The notes under the pieces were generated by a model. The model was not told the origin of the DNA. It saw nothing but the letters and a program-made list of their open reading frames with translations, and ran no database searches. Position numbers and translations under genes: made by a program. A stretch of DNA of 64,000 nt from Vicinamibacteria bacterium (GTDB lineage: Bacteria > Acidobacteriota > Vicinamibacteria > Marinacidobacterales > Marinacidobacteraceae), in NCBI GenBank assembly GCA_963422395.1, contig OY729431.1:1408001-1472000 (forward strand). Reading direction: 5' to 3'. Positions 58,442 to 64,000 of the stretch are shown here, piece by piece; the first letter of the stretch is position 1; every line of letters begins with the position of its first letter.

Positions 58442-60235
58442 TTATGCCCGGAGGCCCACAGCCTTTGGCATGGCGGCCGTTTCCTCACCCTCTTCTCCGG
58501 TCATCGATTTTTCCGGCGGGGTAGCCGCATCCGCGAGGAGGTCCAGCTTCTCCCGGATCTCGGGGTCGAGGTCCGCGTCCGGGATGTGGGCCGCGAGCTC
58601 GTGGAAGCGCTTCTTCGGCATCCGGTTCGGCTCGCCGAGCAGGGCGAAGTACTCGTGGAACACCGGCTCGAGCCAGTCGTCGCTGGCCTTCGCGTCGGAG
58701 GAAGCGGGATCGAGACCGGGCCGGAGTATCCGAGCCGCGCTGCGGACCCGCCGGATCGCCTCCACCATGGCCCGGCGCCGGCGCTCGCCGCCCCCTTGAG
58801 CGAAGAGGTTCGGTGGACCGCCGCCCTTCGGCTTTCCGGCATCGGCCCAGGCGAGGAGCGTTCCTTCCGAGCAAAGGTAGTTCTCGATCTCCCGGCGCTT
58901 CCAGGTCCAGGCCGCCATATCGCCCATCTCCGGAAGTTCTTGCGGGAGCCGGTCGAAGAGCGCGCCGGCACGGAGCTGCGGCAGCGCTTCCCGGAGCCCG
59001 TGGAAGTGGTGGAGGGCTTTCGTGGGTTGGTTGCCGACCGGCTGGACGAAGGCGGCTTCGAGCGCCGCGGCGGCCTCTGGGTGGCCGACTCGCTCGGCAA
59101 GCGCCCGCAGCACCGCCTGGTCGGTCGTTCCTTCCACATACAGCACGAAGCCGGTCTTTCTCGCCGTTTCGTAGTCCGAATAACCGATGTCCCGAAGCGC
59201 CTTGAGAAGCTGGCTGCCCTGGTCCGCGATCCGGTGCGGGCGCCCGACGAAAGCCACGATGGTGTCGCGCCCGGCGGCCTCCCCGAGCAGCACCTCGGAA
59301 TGGGTCGCCGCGATGATCTGGCTGCCGCTCTCGTCTGCGGTGCGGACCAGCAAGTCGTACAGCCGGCGCTGGCGAAGGATCTCGAGATGGGCGTCCGGCT
59401 CGTCGAGGACCAGGACCGAGCCCTTGTTGAGGGCCAGATGGGCCAGCAGCAGAGTCGTCTGCTGCAGCCCTCTTCCCGAAGCGGTGATGTCGAACCGGAC
59501 TCCCCGCTCTTCATAGGACATGGAGATCTCACCGCGCTCGGCGAGGTGCCGGGGCGAGTCCAGCCGCGCTCCGAAGGATTGCTCGATTCGGGAAACCAGC
59601 CGCCGCCATTCCTCTGGCTGCTCCTCGCTGATGCGGAAACAGAGGTTCCGCAGGACTTCCGCGGTGCGCCCCTCCCCGAGGCGGACCGAAACGCCGCCGG
59701 GTTCGAGCCGCAGTTCGTTCGCCGCGAGTCCGGACATCGGGGGCAGGTAGGCGACCCGAATCGAGCCGGCCGGGTCCGGGACCGGCATGCGTTCCGCGCC
59801 GTCGGGTTTCCGGCGAAGCGGCCGGCAGTAGAGGGATTCTTCGTTCGCATAGTCGAACTCCAGCCCGGCGGTCCAGCAGGCTCCCTCGGATTCGCCCTCC
59901 ACGACGACCTCGATCCGGATGTTGTCGGTTCGTTGACGGCCGTCCTCCCGCCGGACATTCCGCACCCGGAGGTTTCGCCAGAGCTGTTTGGCGTTTTGTG
60001 TCGGAACCGCCAGCAGGTCACGCCGGTTCACGGTCACGCCGGGGCGTTCGGCAGGTGTTTCGGTCCCGTAACGCTTCTCGTTCCAGCGGCGGATCCCGAG
60101 ATCCCAGAGCGCGAGCGCCTGGAGCGCGGTGGTCTTGCCCGAGTTGTTCGGGCCGACGAAGAGGACCGGGCTGTCGAGATCGATCGAGACTTCACCGAAC
60201 CGCTTGAAATTACGGACGGTCAGCCGGGTCAGCAC
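58442..60235 (-). CDS. ABC-type ATPase with a TOPRIM-like C-terminal domain (OLD-like)
   Basis: GPNNSGKTT, SGRGLQQ, LVLDEPDAHL, ATHS; LYVEGTTD...REIENYL. Confidence 0.8.
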   Translation of the reverse strand: MLTRLTVRNFKRFGEVSIDLDSPVLFVGPNNSGKTTALQALALWDLGIRRWNEKRYGTETPAERPGVTVNRRDLLAVPTQNAKQLWRNLRVRNVRREDGRQRTDNIRIEVVVEGESEGACWTAGLEFDYANEESLYCRPLRRKPDGAERMPVPDPAGSIRVAYLPPMSGLAANELRLEPGGVSVRLGEGRTAEVLRNLCFRISEEQPEEWRRLVSRIEQSFGARLDSPRHLAERGEISMSYEERGVRFDITASGRGLQQTTLLLAHLALNKGSVLVLDEPDAHLEILRQRRLYDLLVRTADESGSQIIAATHSEVLLGEAAGRDTIVAFVGRPHRIADQGSQLLKALRDIGYSDYETARKTGFVLYVEGTTDQAVLRALAERVGHPEAAAALEAAFVQPVGNQPTKALHHFHGLREALPQLRAGALFDRLPQELPEMGDMAAWTWKRREIENYLCSEGTLLAWADAGKPKGGGPPNLFAQGGGERRRRAMVEAIRRVRSAARILRPGLDPASSDAKASDDWLEPVFHEYFALLGEPNRMPKKRFHELAAHIPDADLDPEIREKLDLLADAATPPEKSMTGEEGEETAAMPKAVGLRA

Positions 60236-60285
60236 TCAGTATCGGGACTTGAAGCGAGACTCGGAGTGGGTGCTCGGTATCGGAA

Positions 60286-61746
60286 TCACTCGGGACCGAA
60301 GCCGTAGAGGTGCTCCACGGTACGGATGTAGAGGCGCGAGGGGGCGAGGGCTGGAGTGGCGTACACCGCTTCGTCCAGCGGGTTCATCTGCAGCACTTCG
60401 AATTCCGCAGCTCGTTCTCCGGGGGACAGCGGACGGACTACGGCGGCGAAACCGAGTTCGCTCACGAAGTAGATCTTTCCGTCGGCAGCGACCGGGGAGG
60501 CGTAGTAGGCGTCCACCGCGCCCGTAAGACGCCCCTGGACGAGCACCGCGCCGGTTTTCGGGTCGAGCGCGGTGACGATGCCCCCGTCGTTCACCAGGTA
60601 GAGCACGCCGCGGTAGAGCAGCGGCGAGGGAAGCTGCGGCACCCGGCGCCGGTAACTCCACACGGTGTTCGCCGCAGTGAGATTCCCTGCCTCGCCGGAG
60701 GCGCCGGGCCGAATGGCGAGGATGCCGTTCTGCGAGGCGAGGACCGCTTCGTAGTACGCCCATTCGTTCGATTCGAGAAAACCGTCGCCGCTCAGATCGA
60801 TCACTCCGAACCAGGACTCGGGGTGTCCTTCGGCTTCTTCGCGTCCGATTCTCCCGTCACCGTCACCGTCGAATGAAGAGAGCGCCTCCGCGAAGGACGG
60901 TGCGGTGCGCTGATTCCCGGGTTGGTTCAGCGGCGCTCCATAACCGTTCACGAAGACCATGCCGTCGCCTTGCACCGGCGTGGATTTCATCTCCCAGGGA
61001 AGGCCGCGCACCCACCAGCGAATCGAGCCGTCCCCGGCGCCGTAGGCGGTGAGCAGGAAGCTCCCCGGCGCCAGGATCTCGAGCCCGTCGGCAGTCTCGC
61101 GGAGGACCGGCGTCGAATGGCCGCTGGTGGCCTCGGGCCTCGGGGTGCGCCAGAGGGTCTCGCCGGTATCCTGCGAGATCGCGAGGATCTCGGAGCCGAG
61201 GTTCTGGTCGAGGACCAGAACCACCGCGTTGCCGACGAGGATCGGGGAAGCGCCCATTCCATAGAGGTTGTCGAACGGCCCGAGCGGCAGCCGCCACTTC
61301 TCCCTTCCCGCGCCGTCGTAGGCGAGCAGGCCCAGGTCGGGGAAGAAGGCGTACACCCCGTCCGGGGAAGCTGCGACGCTCGGGGAAGCCGCGTTGTTCC
61401 GGGAATCCACCTCGGTGACCCGCGGCCGCCGGGCGGTGCCCCGCCAGATCTCCTCGCCGGTTTCGCCGTCGAGTGCGATCGTGTGGAACTCGCGGTCCGA
61501 ATAGCCGGTCAGATGGACGCGGCCCGCAGCGAGGATCGGCGAGGAATGCCCCGGCGGCAGGGGGACCCGAAACCGGGCTCGTTCCGGCCCGAAGGCGGTA
61601 GGAAGTGCCCCGTCGGGGCCGATCCCGCTGCCGTTCGGGCCGCGGAAGCGGTCCCATTCCGAGGCGGAGGGCGCGGCGGGAGCCGGGATCGCAGCGGAAG
61701 CTCCCGCGAGCAGAGCGAAGAGGAGAAGCGCTCCGGCCTGACTCAT
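60286..61746 (-). CDS. Secreted PQQ-like beta-propeller protein with EF-hand-like insert
   Basis: WDRFRGP; DGDGDGRIGREE and DLSGDGFLESNE. Confidence 0.88.
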   Translation of the reverse strand: MSQAGALLLFALLAGASAAIPAPAAPSASEWDRFRGPNGSGIGPDGALPTAFGPERARFRVPLPPGHSSPILAAGRVHLTGYSDREFHTIALDGETGEEIWRGTARRPRVTEVDSRNNAASPSVAASPDGVYAFFPDLGLLAYDGAGREKWRLPLGPFDNLYGMGASPILVGNAVVLVLDQNLGSEILAISQDTGETLWRTPRPEATSGHSTPVLRETADGLEILAPGSFLLTAYGAGDGSIRWWVRGLPWEMKSTPVQGDGMVFVNGYGAPLNQPGNQRTAPSFAEALSSFDGDGDGRIGREEAEGHPESWFGVIDLSGDGFLESNEWAYYEAVLASQNGILAIRPGASGEAGNLTAANTVWSYRRRVPQLPSPLLYRGVLYLVNDGGIVTALDPKTGAVLVQGRLTGAVDAYYASPVAADGKIYFVSELGFAAVVRPLSPGERAAEFEVLQMNPLDEAVYATPALAPSRLYIRTVEHLYGFGPE

Positions 61747-61750
61747 CCGG

Positions 61751-63706
61751 TCAACTCCCGCTCAGATATTCGTCGAGGAAGGCCAGGATGCGGTCCGCGC
61801 TCTCGATCCGGTTGTCCCGATTGCGGAAGCCGTGCCCTTCGTCGGGGAAGACCACGTACTCCACCGGCACTCCGTTCGCGCGCACCGCCTCCACGATCTC
61901 GTCGCTTTCGACCTGGAGTACGCGCGGATCGTTCGCGCCCTGGACCACGAAGAGCGGGCGCACGATGTTTTCCGCGTGAAAGAGCGGCGAGATCGCGGTC
62001 AGCCGTTCGAGATCGGTTTCGGGATCGCCCAGTTCGGCGTAGAGAGCGTCCCGCTGGGCGCCCCACCAGGGAGGGATGGACGACAGGGTGCGCACCCAGT
62101 TCGTCACCCCGAAGATGTCCACTCCGACATCGAAGGCTTCGGGCTCGAAGGCGAGCGCCGCGGCCACCATGTACCCCCCGTAGCTGCCGCCCAGGATTCC
62201 CACCCGGCCGGCGTCCACCCAGTCGAGGGTTTCGAGGTACCGCCGCGCCTCGATGCAGTCCTTGAGGTCCACATCGCCGTGGCGCCGGTCGTCGAGGTGG
62301 AAGAAAGTCTTGCCGTAGCCGGACGAACCGCGGTTGTTCACCGCGAACACCGCATATCCGTTGTTCACCAGGTGCTGGATCTGCGCCCGGTAGCCCTTGC
62401 GGCTCTGGCCGCCGGGTCCGCCGTGGACCCAGACGAGCGCCGGCACCGGCGCATCGGCGGCCGCCTGGTGAGGGCGGTAGAGGATTCCCGGAATCGAAAG
62501 CCCGTCGAAACTGGGGTAACGAACCACCTCGCCGTCCACCAGCTGTTCTTGCGAAATTTCGGGATTCAGGGTGTCGGTGAGCCGAACGGCTTCCGAGTCC
62601 CCGATCTCCCAGACATGGAGGTTGGACGGCGAAGTGTCGCTGTTCACGAAGAACGCCATCTTCGTTTCGCTCGCTGAAAAGGAAACCCCGGTCACTTCTC
62701 CCTCGGGTATTCCCGGGAGGTCGAGCGCCTCGCCGGTCTCTCGGTCGAACACCGTGATTTCGGTTGCGGCATCCACATTGACGGCACTCACCCGATACCT
62801 CCCTCGTTTCGAGTAGTACACGGTGAGGACATCCCAGTCGGCCTGGAGGAGCGGGCGGTGTTCGCCGGTCTCGAGGTCGTAGCTCCAGGCTTCGACGAAC
62901 TCGCCGTGAGCGTCGGTTGCATACACCAGCTCCGCGGAGCTCTCTCGCGCCGGACGAAACACCAGCGGGCGATGGGAAGCGTCCCCCTGGTGGGGGGTGA
63001 GGTGTCGGGGGGGGCTCGCCGGATCCTCGAGATCCACCAGATAGACATCGCTGTCGGCGTTGTTCTTCGATTGATTGACCGCCAGGAAGCGGCCGTCCTG
63101 GCTCACCGGACCGGGCATGAACTCACCGGGGTTCTCGAAGACGAGGCTCCGGGAAAGGTCCTCCACGCGGTATTCGTAGAGGTCGAACGCCTGCGGGTCC
63201 CGCTCGTTCGTGGTCACGAAGAAACGCGAGCCGTCGGTGGTGAAGCCGTGGAACGAGGCCTTCAGGTTCTCTCCTGGGGTGATGTCCTGCGGGGTTTCCC
63301 CCGGAGCGAGGACATACAGGTGATGCAGCTCGTTCCCACCCTCGTCGGCAGTGAAGAGGATCCGGTCGTCTTCCGGGAAGAACGCCATTCCCAGATTGGC
63401 GTCGGTTTCCGAGACGGTGAGCGGCAGGGCCTCTCCGCCGGCGATCGGCTGCGCGTAGGCGTTCATCACCCCGGTCCGGTCCGAAGTGATCAGAATGCGG
63501 CTCTCGTCTGCCGAGAAGGACCCTCCGAAGACCTGTTCCGTTTCGTAGAAGTCGCGGGCGTCGTACCGCGGGATCTCGGGAGGCGGAGACGCACAGCTGG
63601 CGAGAAGCCCGAAGACGTAAAGGCCGGAAACGAGAGAAGAGGCCGGGGTTCGGGCGCCGGCCGAGGACTGTTCGGAAATACGGGTCCGGGGGAAGAGTTC
63701 GAACAT
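61751..63706 (-). CDS. S9 prolyl oligopeptidase-family peptidase
   Basis: VHGGPG, GGSYGGY, NDPRV, DEGHGF; LASC lipobox-like. Confidence 0.95.
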   Translation of the reverse strand: MFELFPRTRISEQSSAGARTPASSLVSGLYVFGLLASCASPPPEIPRYDARDFYETEQVFGGSFSADESRILITSDRTGVMNAYAQPIAGGEALPLTVSETDANLGMAFFPEDDRILFTADEGGNELHHLYVLAPGETPQDITPGENLKASFHGFTTDGSRFFVTTNERDPQAFDLYEYRVEDLSRSLVFENPGEFMPGPVSQDGRFLAVNQSKNNADSDVYLVDLEDPASPPRHLTPHQGDASHRPLVFRPARESSAELVYATDAHGEFVEAWSYDLETGEHRPLLQADWDVLTVYYSKRGRYRVSAVNVDAATEITVFDRETGEALDLPGIPEGEVTGVSFSASETKMAFFVNSDTSPSNLHVWEIGDSEAVRLTDTLNPEISQEQLVDGEVVRYPSFDGLSIPGILYRPHQAAADAPVPALVWVHGGPGGQSRKGYRAQIQHLVNNGYAVFAVNNRGSSGYGKTFFHLDDRRHGDVDLKDCIEARRYLETLDWVDAGRVGILGGSYGGYMVAAALAFEPEAFDVGVDIFGVTNWVRTLSSIPPWWGAQRDALYAELGDPETDLERLTAISPLFHAENIVRPLFVVQGANDPRVLQVESDEIVEAVRANGVPVEYVVFPDEGHGFRNRDNRIESADRILAFLDEYLSGS

Positions 63707-63713
63707 CGGATTT

Positions 63714-64000
63714 TCATTTCTCCTGGTGAGGTTTTTCCTCGGAGATGGGCTCGGATGGTTCGGCGATCGCGTAGAGATGCTCGCTCCCCCGCAGGTAGAG
63801 GGTGCCGTCGACGATCGCCGGCGAAGCCAGGACCGGCTCGTCCACGCTGTTCGTGGCGAGCAGCGAGAAGCGGGCGCCAGTGCGCAGGATGTGGGTGTCT
63901 CCGTCTTCGCTGGTGAGGTAGAGCCGCTCCCCGGCGACCACCGGGGAGGAGAAGAAGCGCGACGGCAGCGGTGTGCGGATCCCCTCCTGGATCACTACGC
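63714..64000 (-). CDS. C-terminal part of another PQQ-like beta-propeller protein
   Basis: SSPVVAGERLYLTSEDG...ASPAIVDGTLYLR. Confidence 0.85.
   Translation of the reverse strand, partial: VVIQEGIRTPLPSRFFSSPVVAGERLYLTSEDGDTHILRTGARFSLLATNSVDEPVLASPAIVDGTLYLRGSEHLYAIAEPSEPISEEKPHQEK

Overview
High-GC chromosomal window. Gene content and protein style suggest an Acidobacteriota-like bacterium, possibly host- or sponge-associated (inference only). Most of it is housekeeping: a GspE/PilB ATPase, tRNA-Val(GAC), thrS-infC-rpmI-rplT-zapA-thiL, gatCA, ilvBNC, rpmB, lexA, ssb, tol-pal, recN-miaB-parAB and dacB. It also holds accessory hydrolases, a TAXI-TRAP transporter and several PQQ-type beta-propeller genes. 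Main features hidden from the ORF track: (1) Four genes are split by an in-frame TGA exactly at the catalytic Cys position, each followed by a SECIS-like hairpin. They are two tandem rhodaneses (one a predicted lipoprotein), a signal-peptide AhpC/Prx-like protein (WUPFC) and an OsmC-like protein, so they are probable selenoproteins. (2) A tandemly duplicated cassette at about 53.3-54.95 kb encodes two small Tat-like secreted four-Cys proteins. Their leaders and flanks are conserved, their mature domains are strongly diverged, and each has a poly-C tract just after the start codon (one in frame, one out), a candidate phase-variable system. (3) A family of about 120-280 bp CTAG-ended MITE-like elements with 5 copies plus remnants. 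(4) A metzincin / pseudo-metzincin / lipoprotein / stand-alone pro-domain cluster. (5) A two-OB-fold SSB, a truncated agmatine deiminase, tandem NrdR-like boxes far from any reductase gene, and palindromes at lexA and parB. All calls come from reading motifs by eye; no database searches were run.
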